The notes under the pieces were generated by a model. The model worked only from the letters and a program-made list of their open reading frames with translations, had not been told where the DNA came from and searched no databases. DNA of 64,000 nucleotides, from positions 1-64,000 of the IMG/VR virus record IMGVR_UViG_3300036892_000014; one strand, written 5' to 3'. Both the position numbers and the translations under genes were made by a program. Positions 54,647-64,000 of this stretch are shown here, one piece after another. Positions within the stretch are counted from its first letter, which is position 1. Every line of letters begins with the position of its first letter. The stretch comes from a virus.

Positions 54647-54925
54647 ATGCGTTCGAAAACAATCACAGTAAATAATAACGCGATCTCGGTAGCGCATGAG
54701 GTTACTACCAGAGACGATCATCAGACAGTGATAAAATTGTCTGCTCGCCATGCTGCGAGCAAGACTACAGTCGAGCATAGGTTCACAATTGGTAGCGTTG
54801 AGGGATTGCCAGCGGGATATGGGGCGGAACAATTGCAGAAGGATTTCGATGCTGCCAGACAGAAACTCGCAGAGCTTTGTGAGTCGAGGGCACGTGGAAA
54901 GAAACTAGCCAAGGAGTTAGTCTAA
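54647..54925 (+). CDS. hypothetical protein
   Basis: GAGG RBS. Confidence 0.6.
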   Translation: MRSKTITVNNNAISVAHEVTTRDDHQTVIKLSARHAASKTTVEHRFTIGSVEGLPAGYGAEQLQKDFDAARQKLAELCESRARGKKLAKELV

Positions 54926-55476
54926 TGCCTCAAGATATCGACGGGGTACCACATGTAATCATGCCTGTTCTTCACCCATCAGGTGACGTTGACAGAATCG
55001 CCGTGCCTGCGGACACGCCGCTAGCCGACGTGCATAGCGCTTTAAGCGACTACTATCACCAAGCACAACCAGACGCTCAAGGGAGTGTTGAGAATAATCC
55101 CGTCTTTAAGAATGCCGCGGCTCAAGCCGTGGCTGCGATGCACGCCAGTGAAATGCGAGGACGTGGTGGTCACGAAGCAGGCTTCTCGATGAGCCGCACA
55201 GGTCAGGCGAGCAAGGTTGATATACAGCCCGACGAGGAAGCATCCGGCAAGGGTCATATGACGCAGACCTTTCCCGCGAATACGATAGGAAGCTTACATA
55301 CGCATGATTCTGGTCACAAGGATATTCCGAGCCAAGGCGATGTGAACGCAGCGAAGCAGGCCAAGACAACCATTTATGTGGCGTCAAGAACCGGACTCCA
55401 CGCAGTTGACCCAGGCGGAAATGTTACACAAGTTTTTAAGAGTCCGACCTGGGCGACAGACAAAATTTCGAAGTGA
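54925..55476 (+). CDS. JAB/MPN-like metalloprotease domain protein
   Basis: E...HTH...PSQGD motif. Confidence 0.65.
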   Translation: MPQDIDGVPHVIMPVLHPSGDVDRIAVPADTPLADVHSALSDYYHQAQPDAQGSVENNPVFKNAAAQAVAAMHASEMRGRGGHEAGFSMSRTGQASKVDIQPDEEASGKGHMTQTFPANTIGSLHTHDSGHKDIPSQGDVNAAKQAKTTIYVASRTGLHAVDPGGNVTQVFKSPTWATDKISK

Positions 55477-55485
55477 GGAAATAAT

Positions 55486-57873
55486 ATGCCAGCAGTGCCA
55501 GCATTCGTATTGACAGGTACATTCAGTTCGTTGACTTCGACGGATACAGGTTATGTGACAATTGAACTTCAGAACTTTCGTCCGTTCATTCCGCGCTCAG
55601 GCGGTTACGTAATCGAGCCCACGAATGTATCTACCGCGCCTCCTGCGGCGACTTTCTCGGTAACGGTATACGGCAATGATGTTATAACTCCTGGGAATAC
55701 ATTTTACTTGATAACTGTGTTCGACGCGAACGGGCGACCAGTATCTTCGGGTAAGTATTTCTTGGCAGGAACGAGCGGCGATCTTTCAACTTTGCTTCCT
55801 GCTGGGGTAACTCCTGCGCCGACTCCGAGTCCTGCGCTCGTCGGTGCGGGCGAAGTTCTTATTGGGCCTGTTACGGGCACTGGTGCGCCCACTTTCCGAA
55901 ATTTACAGATCACTGATCTTCCTACGACTGGGAATTACGATTTCAACGGAACCTTCACGGGAAATACTGGCTTCTCAGGTTCTCTGACATTCCCAGGAGA
56001 TGCAACCATTATAATGGGCGGAGCCAGCGATCCTTACGCTGGATTAATTTCCGCGGCTATCACGGCTCTGCCTTCGAGTGGGGGTGTTATCGACGCCCGC
56101 TCTAGCAACGTGGCCAGCATCCCGCAAGGCTCTGTCGATCCTGGCTCAAAGTCGGTCACGATCTTGCTCGGCCCATGGACATACACCTTCACGCAAGTCA
56201 AGGTTCGCTCTGGTCTTAGAATTTATGGTTCAGACGAACAAAGAACGCTCGTGCAGGCTTCTTTGACGGCCAGCGGTTCCTTGTTTACAGGCCCTGCGCC
56301 AACGGAAGTCGCAGCCTTCTCCGTAGCCTTTCAAGACTTTTCTGTTATCGGTCCTGGCGGGAATACACAGACGCCTGCTACGCCTAACTATCTAGACGCA
56401 TTTCATTTTGATGCATCCAACGTTCTCTCTGCAAACTATCCGAATGCTAATCTACTCAACTGCGTCTGGAACCGAATATCCGTCAACGGATTCGGTGGAA
56501 GTGCTTGGAAGTTTCTTGGCGCTCAAACCGCAGGGAACGCTGGGGCACACCAGTTTCTTTCATTCTACGACTGCGCAGGTATTGCAAACATTGGTCCTGG
56601 TTCTGGCGCCATATCTGGATTCACTTTGACTTCAGTGGCTGTGACAGGAGTGACGACAACCTACAACGGCACCATCACGGGCGGGGCTGCGAATGCTTAT
56701 GCAGGATTCCAGTTCACTGTGGCAGGATTTGTGAATGCTGGAAACAACGTAACCTTTACCGTCACGTCATCGACAGCTACGACGTTGGTTACCACGACTA
56801 CGACCCAGGTCAATGAGACTCATGCGGCTACCTCAACCGGCATCGGTATGAGCCCAGTTTTGATGATCGTAGGCTCTAACTTCCAGCACTTCTGGTGGAA
56901 TTCTCAAATTAACGGATACCTTGAGAACGCGGCGACGGACAGCACTAATGGTTCTATCCCGTTGGTCTATATCGGAAACTCTGGCTCGATTGGCAGTGAG
57001 GGAAACCCATTCATCATCGGATTCAAAGGACTGACCGTCCAGGGCAGACAGAATGCCGTTCAACTGGACGGTTGCACGGACGTAACCTTCAATAAAATTC
57101 ACATGGAGCGTAACTTCGTCTGCTTCGATGTTTCTTATGCTGCTGGCGTGCCAGGGATCGTGCCATCTGGTGGAACGAACTCTTTTAACTCCGGACTCAC
57201 CGTAGACGCGTCATCCTTCGATACGGATACTGCGGTTAACTCAGGCAGCGGCGCAATCATCGCAGTAAATACCACGAAGCTGTACGGGATGACGCTACAA
57301 AACTCTGTTTACAACTCTCCGCTATTTGGGCAGACGGGGGCAGGAAGTCCAGACCACTGGCTACTGCTGAACTCTACACCAGCGGTTCCGGTGAGCTTAC
57401 TGAACAACATCGATGTAAACGCAGCATCCGATGCCTCTTTCTCATCAGCCGTGATGCTGTACCCGAATGCGCCAACGACTGCGATACGTGGGGGCACGGC
57501 GAACGGTACGAACTACACGACCACATCAACCAGTCTCACTCCAGTGGACGCAACGAATCTTAAGTATGTGATCGGAATCCCGCTGGGTTGGAAACTATTA
57601 GTACAGGTTTCAGGCTCATCCCAGTCCGATACCGCCGCAACCACGGATCAGATTGCTATCGTTGACGGCGTGACCACGGTCGCAAGCACAATCGTAAACT
57701 ACACCGCTGGTGCTGGGGGAGCATTCTCTCTAAGCGCGTTGATAACGGGGAACGAGGCTCCTCATACGATTGAACTACAGTTTGCAACCGGCAACGCTGG
57801 AGATAAGCTTGAAATTGTGAACCAGCCAACGGGTTGGGTAAACATGACCTTCTTGCTCACCCCGTCTAACTAA
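55486..57873 (+). CDS. tailspike / receptor-binding protein (beta-helix)
   Basis: AAITALPSSGGVID neck, pectate-lyase-like repeats. Confidence 0.75.
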   Translation: MPAVPAFVLTGTFSSLTSTDTGYVTIELQNFRPFIPRSGGYVIEPTNVSTAPPAATFSVTVYGNDVITPGNTFYLITVFDANGRPVSSGKYFLAGTSGDLSTLLPAGVTPAPTPSPALVGAGEVLIGPVTGTGAPTFRNLQITDLPTTGNYDFNGTFTGNTGFSGSLTFPGDATIIMGGASDPYAGLISAAITALPSSGGVIDARSSNVASIPQGSVDPGSKSVTILLGPWTYTFTQVKVRSGLRIYGSDEQRTLVQASLTASGSLFTGPAPTEVAAFSVAFQDFSVIGPGGNTQTPATPNYLDAFHFDASNVLSANYPNANLLNCVWNRISVNGFGGSAWKFLGAQTAGNAGAHQFLSFYDCAGIANIGPGSGAISGFTLTSVAVTGVTTTYNGTITGGAANAYAGFQFTVAGFVNAGNNVTFTVTSSTATTLVTTTTTQVNETHAATSTGIGMSPVLMIVGSNFQHFWWNSQINGYLENAATDSTNGSIPLVYIGNSGSIGSEGNPFIIGFKGLTVQGRQNAVQLDGCTDVTFNKIHMERNFVCFDVSYAAGVPGIVPSGGTNSFNSGLTVDASSFDTDTAVNSGSGAIIAVNTTKLYGMTLQNSVYNSPLFGQTGAGSPDHWLLLNSTPAVPVSLLNNIDVNAASDASFSSAVMLYPNAPTTAIRGGTANGTNYTTTSTSLTPVDATNLKYVIGIPLGWKLLVQVSGSSQSDTAATTDQIAIVDGVTTVASTIVNYTAGAGGAFSLSALITGNEAPHTIELQFATGNAGDKLEIVNQPTGWVNMTFLLTPSN

Positions 57874-58070
57874 AATTCACCAATCGCCCCGGTCGGGCGT
57901 TGGGCGGTCGAACGACTCGCGGGCAGAATCCTGCAAGCGGAACCCTTATTTGCGCGGTTCGCTACCTCTATCTCGGCGACCCGCTTAGAGGGAACTTGCT
58001 TCCAAAGGTACCACGTGCCATGATCCAGGTATTCGATGGCGTAGGGTTCTGTGAATTTTGTGATCGTCAT
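57870..58070 (-). CDS. hypothetical protein
   Basis: AGGAG RBS. Confidence 0.5.
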   Translation of the reverse strand: MTITKFTEPYAIEYLDHGTWYLWKQVPSKRVAEIEVANRANKGSACRILPASRSTAQRPTGAIGEF

Positions 58071-58285
58071 GGCGTATCTCCTGAGTGTACAACCCCAGCC
58101 AGACGGTCGGTGTAGTAGTCTTCGTCCTCGACCGCCGTGACTTCGATGATATCGGAGCACGGGTACTTAGGGTGAATAGTATCCTGCTTAACCAAGGTGC
58201 GTGCGGTCTGTTCGCCGTTCTTAGCACGATCCAACTTGGATAGTAGCGTCAAAAGATTGCGTCTTGTTAGATAAACTTTTTGCAT
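58067..58285 (-). CDS. hypothetical phage protein
   Basis: GGAGG RBS; LTRRNLLTLLSKLD motif. Confidence 0.65.
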   Translation of the reverse strand: MQKVYLTRRNLLTLLSKLDRAKNGEQTARTLVKQDTIHPKYPCSDIIEVTAVEDEDYYTDRLAGVVHSGDTP

Positions 58286-58330
58286 TGGTTCCTCCTGTTA
58301 TCGAGGGTCATCTGACACAGCCGCTTCTGG

Positions 58331-59326
58331 TCAGGAGAAGCCGACAGCATTCCCGCTCTCGTTCGTCTTCTGCTTCGGATGAACCTTCATCGTCTTGAGT
58401 CGCTGAATGACTTCCTCGTAAGGCTGATCCAGGCACGTCACGGCGATCACGAGTTCCTTCACGTGAGAAATGCTCAGCTTCTCTGTGTCCTTGATGGCCT
58501 TCTCGAAAGGGAATGTGGTATCCCCGTGAAGGATATGAGTCAAATACTGGCGGCGCATCCCCTCCGCGGGCATGTCGATCTTGATGACTTCATCGAATCG
58601 GCTCGGGCGGTTGACGATTCTAGCGCCAAGTTCCTCGGGGTAGTTGGTCGTCGCCAGTGAGACGATGTTCTCTGTCTGGTTCTCGCCGTCGAGCAGCGCG
58701 AGTAGTTCATGCTCGCCAGAGTTACGGATGATTTCGTCGATGTCTTCAAAGATGATGATAATGGGGCGGTCGGGCTCGATACTTCGAAACTGGCGCAAGG
58801 CCGCCTTGATGAAACCAGGCTGCTTCACAATGAACACGATCCCGCCCATCTTGACGAGCTGGTTCATTAACAGAATCAGAGTGACCGTCTTGCCGCTACC
58901 TGGAGGCCCCCAGAGCAGAATCCCGCGCTTGTAAATGACTTCACGCTTTACGTACTCTTCTCTACGAGTCCAGAACTTCTTGATGCCTTCGATGACTCGT
59001 TTAGAGTTCGAATCATGAAGATCGACTAGGTTATCCGTGACGATGTTCTTCAAGACGAAGACGATACTTCCCTCCTGATCCTGGGAGATTTCGTACACCG
59101 CGGGCGGTAGAATCGGGACCGTCATGCTCGCCGCGGAGAATGTTTCATCCGGTCGAACGATCCACTGTGCAACATCCGTGGAAAGCTTCTCTATTTTTTC
59201 AAGCTTCTCTATTTTTTCAAGCTTCTTTTTTCCTGTAACGGCCTCAAACAAATCTCCCACGCTGAATTTTCGCTTGAACTTCGGTGGTCGCCCAGGCTTA
59301 TTCAACTGTTTCTGTAGGTCATCCAT
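58331..59326 (-). CDS. AAA+ ATPase
   Basis: GPPGSGKT, IIFEDID, TTN, RPSRFD. Confidence 0.9.
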   Translation of the reverse strand: MDDLQKQLNKPGRPPKFKRKFSVGDLFEAVTGKKKLEKIEKLEKIEKLSTDVAQWIVRPDETFSAASMTVPILPPAVYEISQDQEGSIVFVLKNIVTDNLVDLHDSNSKRVIEGIKKFWTRREEYVKREVIYKRGILLWGPPGSGKTVTLILLMNQLVKMGGIVFIVKQPGFIKAALRQFRSIEPDRPIIIIFEDIDEIIRNSGEHELLALLDGENQTENIVSLATTNYPEELGARIVNRPSRFDEVIKIDMPAEGMRRQYLTHILHGDTTFPFEKAIKDTEKLSISHVKELVIAVTCLDQPYEEVIQRLKTMKVHPKQKTNESGNAVGFS

Positions 59327-59430
59327 GATTGCCTCCCTGTTTTGCTCTCTTTAGAATCCACAAGCACGCGTCGCAACGTCCCATCCAATACATCCTAGCC
59401 AATGCTGTCTTACTCGACTTCAAGAAGTAC

Positions 59431-59703
59431 CTAGCTAGTCGAAGTTGTAATCTGACAGTCTGTGCAGTTTGCATTTAGGTCCAGTAGAAAAGATAAAATT
59501 TTTGCCATCGAGACCGGGCGCAGGAAAGCTATGCTGTCTATGCTGTCTATGCTGTCTAGTTGACGAAACTGATATTCCTTGCTATATTCGTCGTACCCGA
59601 TCTCGCCGATCTTGCAGTACTCTTGCTTGTGGAGCACCGTCCCCATAGTATAAGACGTGGTGTTACTTACGTTGTAGCCTTTTTCTGTTTTGACAAAGTT
59701 CAT
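59431..59703 (-). CDS. hypothetical protein
   Basis: AGGAG RBS. Confidence 0.5.
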   Translation of the reverse strand: MNFVKTEKGYNVSNTTSYTMGTVLHKQEYCKIGEIGYDEYSKEYQFRQLDSIDSIDSIAFLRPVSMAKILSFLLDLNANCTDCQITTSTS

Positions 59704-59711
59704 GTTTTCTC

Positions 59712-60389
59712 CTATTCCAAAACGCACGGCACGCAGAATCCGCCGTTCGCGTGATTGTACAACTCGCCACAAATGCCGCACGGTCTCATATCCGTTAAAT
59801 TGTCCCAACGCTTGCCAGGCAGTGGTTCTAGGTCGCCTTGCATCTGCTCGCTGAGACTCGGGCCGGATGGCTCGCTCGCGGTGCGTGCCAGCTCGGCCCT
59901 CGCGGCTATAGCCAGCTCACAGTCGTGTTGTGCGTGCACGCCAATCTTTCCGCAGTGCTCGCAAACATACTCAGGATCATCAACGCGCAGCGGGCCGGTG
60001 CGTGCTAGTTCGGCTTTCAGCTCATCAGAACACCCTTTCAGCAAATCCCCTATTGTGTAGTTGGGCAAAACATCATATTCCTTTGCCTCTTTATGCCACT
60101 TCGCCGCCAGCCCCTCCAGCCTCTTGTGCAGGTCAGTCATCGAACTTCCACTCCGCTTTCTCGTGCGTACGTGCGAGTAATATTCACCGGTCGTAGGACT
60201 AATCTGCATCTTATCGGCTTCTACCTCTAACCCATCCTCAAGTAGTTTTTTTACTTGTCGGAAAAGTTTTTCCTTGAAAAGGGTGCGGTCTCGATGAAAA
60301 ACAAGATATTCGTTAGTCCATCGTCCGCCCCCTCGATCTTGCTCGTGCTGGCTCATCCGGTCCCGCAACCGTTCGTTCGGTACGCTCAT
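59712..60389 (-). CDS. hypothetical protein with CxxC motifs
   Basis: ORF track; possible internal start at 60140. Confidence 0.5.
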   Translation of the reverse strand: MSVPNERLRDRMSQHEQDRGGGRWTNEYLVFHRDRTLFKEKLFRQVKKLLEDGLEVEADKMQISPTTGEYYSHVRTRKRSGSSMTDLHKRLEGLAAKWHKEAKEYDVLPNYTIGDLLKGCSDELKAELARTGPLRVDDPEYVCEHCGKIGVHAQHDCELAIAARAELARTASEPSGPSLSEQMQGDLEPLPGKRWDNLTDMRPCGICGELYNHANGGFCVPCVLE

Positions 60390-60580
60390 CGGCCCCTCCG
60401 CGTGTAGTCAACTCGCTTGTGACATTTTTGATTTTCGTGTAACCAAAGTGCCCCAGCATCGACGTACGGCTTACCGCAATATCTGCACCATTGTTGGCAT
60501 TGAGTGATTTTTTCGTTATGAGTGAGTAGGTGCCACGGCTTGCGCCCTTGGTTCGGTACGTGGCTGGCGGCGATGTTCAT
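60386..60580 (-). CDS. small C2H2-like zinc-finger protein
   Basis: CRYC...LWLHENQKCH; promoter TTGACA-17-GACAAT at 60605-60633. Confidence 0.6.
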   Translation of the reverse strand: MNIAASHVPNQGRKPWHLLTHNEKITQCQQWCRYCGKPYVDAGALWLHENQKCHKRVDYTRRGR

Positions 60581-60646
60581 GATGTTATATCCCTCAGTGA
60601 GAACATTGTCTCAATTTTCCGATTCCTTGTCAAGAAAAATCGACAC

Positions 60647-61000
60647 CTATTTTCCAGTTGGGCTGCCTTCCTTCTCAATGGCGAGATCATAAATTTTCAG
60701 GATGCGTGAGTGCCCACGCCAGCCTATATTGAGACCAATGATATCTCGCGTATGGTACAATTCTTTGGCCGCATCCTCCAGGGCGATGAGAGCTGACCTA
60801 CAATAAGGCGATGAGTACAAGGCCCCAAATGAGTACAAGGCCCCAAATGCACACCAACAAGTAGCCTCTGGATCATTGCACTGCTCCATTCTCATTCCAT
60901 GCAACGACCACCACGATCTCTTCGCCCATGCCATCCGACACCAATGGCGTCGTTTGGTGATCTTCGCTCGTGCTGCCTTCAAAATTTCTAGCTTTGTCAT
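60647..61000 (-). CDS. DUF6197-like phage protein
   Basis: ARAKI...W.R.AWA...CWCAFGAL pattern. Confidence 0.55.
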   Translation of the reverse strand: MTKLEILKAARAKITKRRHWCRMAWAKRSWWSLHGMRMEQCNDPEATCWCAFGALYSFGALYSSPYCRSALIALEDAAKELYHTRDIIGLNIGWRGHSRILKIYDLAIEKEGSPTGK

Positions 61001-61233
61001 CCCTTGACTCCTTGAACGATTCTGCGTTTTACTTCTTTAAATGCACGGCAATGACGGCAAATGCGATTGGTAGGGAGTAGGGCGCGCTGCCAGCAGGGAT
61101 AAGAACTATCCTTGAACTCTGAACTGGTGCAAGATTCCTTAGCAAGAATCTCACCTAATTCAGCATTGCTCAATTCTTCTACTTGCCTTTGTTGCAGGTG
61201 AAAGAAAGTCGATTCATGTATGTACGTGGTCAT
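60997..61233 (-). CDS. hypothetical protein
   Basis: GGAGG RBS; promoter TTGACA-17-GATAAT at 61263-61291. Confidence 0.55.
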   Translation of the reverse strand: MTTYIHESTFFHLQQRQVEELSNAELGEILAKESCTSSEFKDSSYPCWQRALLPTNRICRHCRAFKEVKRRIVQGVKG

Positions 61234-61379
61234 GGGTGTTACCTCCATACTTCACATTATACATTATCGGATAATTACCGGAAAATGTCAAGAACAATTT
61301 AGTACAGGCCCATTTCCCCTTGCCAAAGAGCACGCCTTGTGCCATACTTCCTTTCGCGGAACAAGCTCGTGCTTCCCGC

Positions 61380-61727
61380 TCACCTCCGGCCCGGGGGATG
61401 CCATGAACGTCCTCCGGCGCCGGATACCCCTCCCATCGCAGCGTAGCAGGCTCGCAGATACTGCAGTTCCGCCCCGCTAGCTCTCTCCATACGCTTGCGC
61501 TGATAATCCAGGACCGCGTAGCATTGCGGACGCGAAGCGGGACGATACCGCAGATCGAAATTGGTAAACCGGAAACCGAAACTGCGGGCCGGTGGTTCAT
61601 TCGCAGCAGGCGGCTCCTGCGATTCCAGCGCGTCTCTCCAACCGTGGAGATAGTAAATCAATTGGCCTGCATCGAATATTAGGCGCTTCTCTGCTGCTTG
61701 CTTTGCTCGCTTAATTTCGTCGGTCAT
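61380..61727 (-). CDS. hypothetical protein
   Basis: GGAGG RBS. Confidence 0.5.
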   Translation of the reverse strand: MTDEIKRAKQAAEKRLIFDAGQLIYYLHGWRDALESQEPPAANEPPARSFGFRFTNFDLRYRPASRPQCYAVLDYQRKRMERASGAELQYLRACYAAMGGVSGAGGRSWHPPGRR

Positions 61728-61917
61728 CTTTCCCTCCGTAGTCGTTCCAGTGCGGACAGCCGTCCTTCGACTTCGCGCACATTTCATAGCACTTGTAATC
61801 GTGTCCGCACTGACCGTGGCAGTCCGACTTGTGTCGAGCGTCGCGGAGGTAGATTATCCCCAAAACCCCAATAAGTCCGAGTATAAAGATCAAGATCATC
61901 TTCTCCATATTCTCCAT
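61711..61917 (-). CDS. small membrane protein with Cys-rich tail
   Basis: TM helix followed by four Cys. Confidence 0.5.
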   Translation of the reverse strand: MENMEKMILIFILGLIGVLGIIYLRDARHKSDCHGQCGHDYKCYEMCAKSKDGCPHWNDYGGKDDRRN

Positions 61918-61935
61918 AAATCCCTCCTAGAAGCT

Positions 61936-62169
61936 TTAGAACTTCCACCAAGGCTTCTTGAGTCTCGATGGAGTAATCATCAAAGTGATTAACTGATACA
62001 GCCCGAGCAGGGAGTCTATCGTCATGTTGACGCGGAGAACGCCGTCCTTGATGAAGGCGAAGTCTTCAACCTTTGTCTCGGGTGCGGGCGTGATGCCGAA
62101 TTCCACGATCAATGACCCATCCTTGACGACCACGTCTACCGTGGCACCGCAGCTAAGTTGTGCCTTCAT
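61936..62169 (-). CDS. hypothetical protein
   Basis: Coupled to the upstream gene. Confidence 0.55.
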   Translation of the reverse strand: MKAQLSCGATVDVVVKDGSLIVEFGITPAPETKVEDFAFIKDGVLRVNMTIDSLLGLYQLITLMITPSRLKKPWWKF

Positions 62170-62504
62170 GATCGTTCCTTCAACCCCAAGACACGGAGCA
62201 AATCTTTGCGCATATCCTTTATCTTACGCTCTAACCACGCGGACTCAGCCATGTCGGCAGCATGCGCGATATCCTGCGCTAAATCCTTATCCATATTTAA
62301 TTCTTCCGCGGCCTCAATAAAACCAGAGTTAGTGTGTTCGAATCCCTGAACAGCGCAGATCGGACAGAAGTCATACCCGATCCCATACTCGATCCTAGTA
62401 CCACGTTCGAAAAAGTCCGTGCACCGAATGTTGCCGCCCGGGAAAATTTCCCACCGCTTGTCCTTCAACTTGCCGAGCGCTTCTAGAAATTGTTCGTAGG
62501 TCAT
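62166..62504 (-). CDS. hypothetical protein
   Basis: GGAGG RBS, CPIC. Confidence 0.6.
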   Translation of the reverse strand: MTYEQFLEALGKLKDKRWEIFPGGNIRCTDFFERGTRIEYGIGYDFCPICAVQGFEHTNSGFIEAAEELNMDKDLAQDIAHAADMAESAWLERKIKDMRKDLLRVLGLKERS

Positions 62505-63391
62505 GACGCCTCCAGTTGGAACCCGAGTCCCGCCTGCTCCGCGAAAGCCTTGCGCTTCTGAATCTCTTCGCCAACCATGGTGTAGCGATCAGAGATTGTA
62601 CTATCCGCGTGTCCAGCCCAGTAGTGAACCACTGGCTCTGGTATCCCAAGCATTCGCAGGTGGGTGACACGGAACCTGCGCAGGCTATGGAATCCACCGA
62701 TTATACCATACTTCACTAACGCTTGTCTATAGAAACTTTCAGACTTCGAAAAGATCACCCCGCCGCCGAAGAGGTGCTTCTGTACGAAGGCACACAACGT
62801 AGAGTGCATATCCACTTCCCGAACACCCGCCGGGGTCTTCGGGCTGTCCTCTCCCCGCTGGCGAGATACTAAGACTTTACACCCATCGAAGTGATTTGCC
62901 ACGTCCGACCGGCTGTTCGAGATATCCAGTGCCTCATTCACACGGAGGCCGGTCCCAGCCAATAAGGCGATCAAACAGGCGGTTTCAGTGTCCGAAGCCT
63001 CTAGAGCCAGTTTGATGGCTCCTGCGACCGCTGTAGCGTTTGCTATGGGTCTTCGCTGATTCTCTACGACCGGCAAGTCAATAAAGTCTGAATTCCACGT
63101 CCTAGGGTACATCTGGTTCCCGTTTTCGTCTACCGCCGATGCGATAATCTGTTTTAAGATATTGATAACAAGGGAGATAGTTGCCGCCGAAAGCCTCTTT
63201 TCAGACAGTGAAGCGATCAGAGACTTAACTGCCCCATTATCAATGACTTCAACTTTCTTCTTCCCGAGCACTGGAACTAAGTGCTTATTTATCATCATCT
63301 TATACGTGTACGCCGTGCTTGAGCGGATCGGGTTCCGCTTGCGGTTCGTGCTCTGTTTGAGAAACGTGTCGGCCTGTTCCTTGAATGTCAT
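62501..63391 (-). CDS. int: tyrosine recombinase / integrase
   Basis: GLRVNE, KT, HSLRR, GH and Y catalytic residues; promoter TTGACA-17-TAGTAT at 63412-63440. Confidence 0.9.
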   Translation of the reverse strand: MTFKEQADTFLKQSTNRKRNPIRSSTAYTYKMMINKHLVPVLGKKKVEVIDNGAVKSLIASLSEKRLSAATISLVINILKQIIASAVDENGNQMYPRTWNSDFIDLPVVENQRRPIANATAVAGAIKLALEASDTETACLIALLAGTGLRVNEALDISNSRSDVANHFDGCKVLVSRQRGEDSPKTPAGVREVDMHSTLCAFVQKHLFGGGVIFSKSESFYRQALVKYGIIGGFHSLRRFRVTHLRMLGIPEPVVHYWAGHADSTISDRYTMVGEEIQKRKAFAEQAGLGFQLEAS

Positions 63392-63577
63392 GTTTTCAAC
63401 CTCTGGACTTAATACTAACTTAAGCGCAGGGATTTGTCAAGTCTTTTCTTTTCTTCATCGCCAGAATCAGGTCGTCCGCGCACTTTCTGCACCCGCCGAG
63501 CCCGTTCAAGAAGATGATAATGCGCCGACCGTGGGCACGGCAGTACACGGGCGGCTTCTTGCTAACCCACTCGGCCT

Positions 63578-63910
63578 TCACTTCACCGCCCAAGCGAGCA
63601 GCGCCGCCTTGTTGAGGCCGCTGAACCGCATGCAGCCCACTAAGAAGTCGCCCTCGTAGAAGTAAGCGTTCCAGCCGAACTTTCCCCAGCCCGTTACAGG
63701 GAGTCCGAAAAGTCTTTCTTCGATGACGTTGGAATAAGCGAAACGAACGTACTGCCCTAAGAGTTCTCTCGGCTGTCCACTTAGGATCACCCGCTTCAAT
63801 TCCCTCCGACGAACGCGGCGGTACACCCTACCGTCATCAGTCAATTGGGAGAGATAGAGCCACCCGAGTTTAAACGTCTTGCCGCCTTCGGCTGTGATAT
63901 ATTCGCTCAT
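63578..63910 (-). CDS. hypothetical protein
   Basis: AAGGA RBS, 110 aa. Confidence 0.55.
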   Translation of the reverse strand: MSEYITAEGGKTFKLGWLYLSQLTDDGRVYRRVRRRELKRVILSGQPRELLGQYVRFAYSNVIEERLFGLPVTGWGKFGWNAYFYEGDFLVGCMRFSGLNKAALLAWAVK

Positions 63911-64000
63911 GTTGTTTTCCTTTCGAGCGGGTCAACCCAAACCCCAGGCTTCCTCGCTTCGATGATTCGTTTCGTGTACTCACGCACCGACTCGCGTTCC

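Overview
A 64 kb segment of a tailed dsDNA phage genome. It is probably podovirus-like and possibly temperate: it has a P22-type portal, ejection proteins and a tyrosine recombinase, and I saw no tape measure or sheath gene. Layout: (1) 1-4.5 kb, small leftward early genes, many fronted by a repeated sigma70 promoter cassette with a GTAC-N4-GTAC box (7 copies); (2) 4.5-5.8 kb, AT-rich non-coding switch region with TGGCGACA repeats and IHF-like sites; (3) 7.2-15.0 kb, an array of 33 tRNA genes (all 20 amino acids if the CAT tRNA is Met), interleaved with a phage-encoded RNase P RNA, about 10 unexplained structured or tRNA-like RNAs and four HNH genes; (4) 15-58 kb, virion module with terminase, portal, scaffold, a major capsid gene split by a 207-nt group I intron followed by a free-standing EndoVII-type endonuclease, collagen-like and Thr-rich fibres, a 1980-aa polyvalent ejection protein, tail proteins and two DUF3494 ice-binding domains; (5) 58-64 kb, leftward genes including an AAA ATPase and an integrase. 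The strongest candidate for an undescribed system is a covarying two-hairpin kissing-loop RNA leader that masks the Shine-Dalgarno sequence of different homing endonuclease genes (5 clear copies plus 1 degenerate). It occurs together with HNH ORFs that run into the next tRNA gene and with the phage's own RNase P RNA. All calls were made by eye; no searches or folding programs were run.
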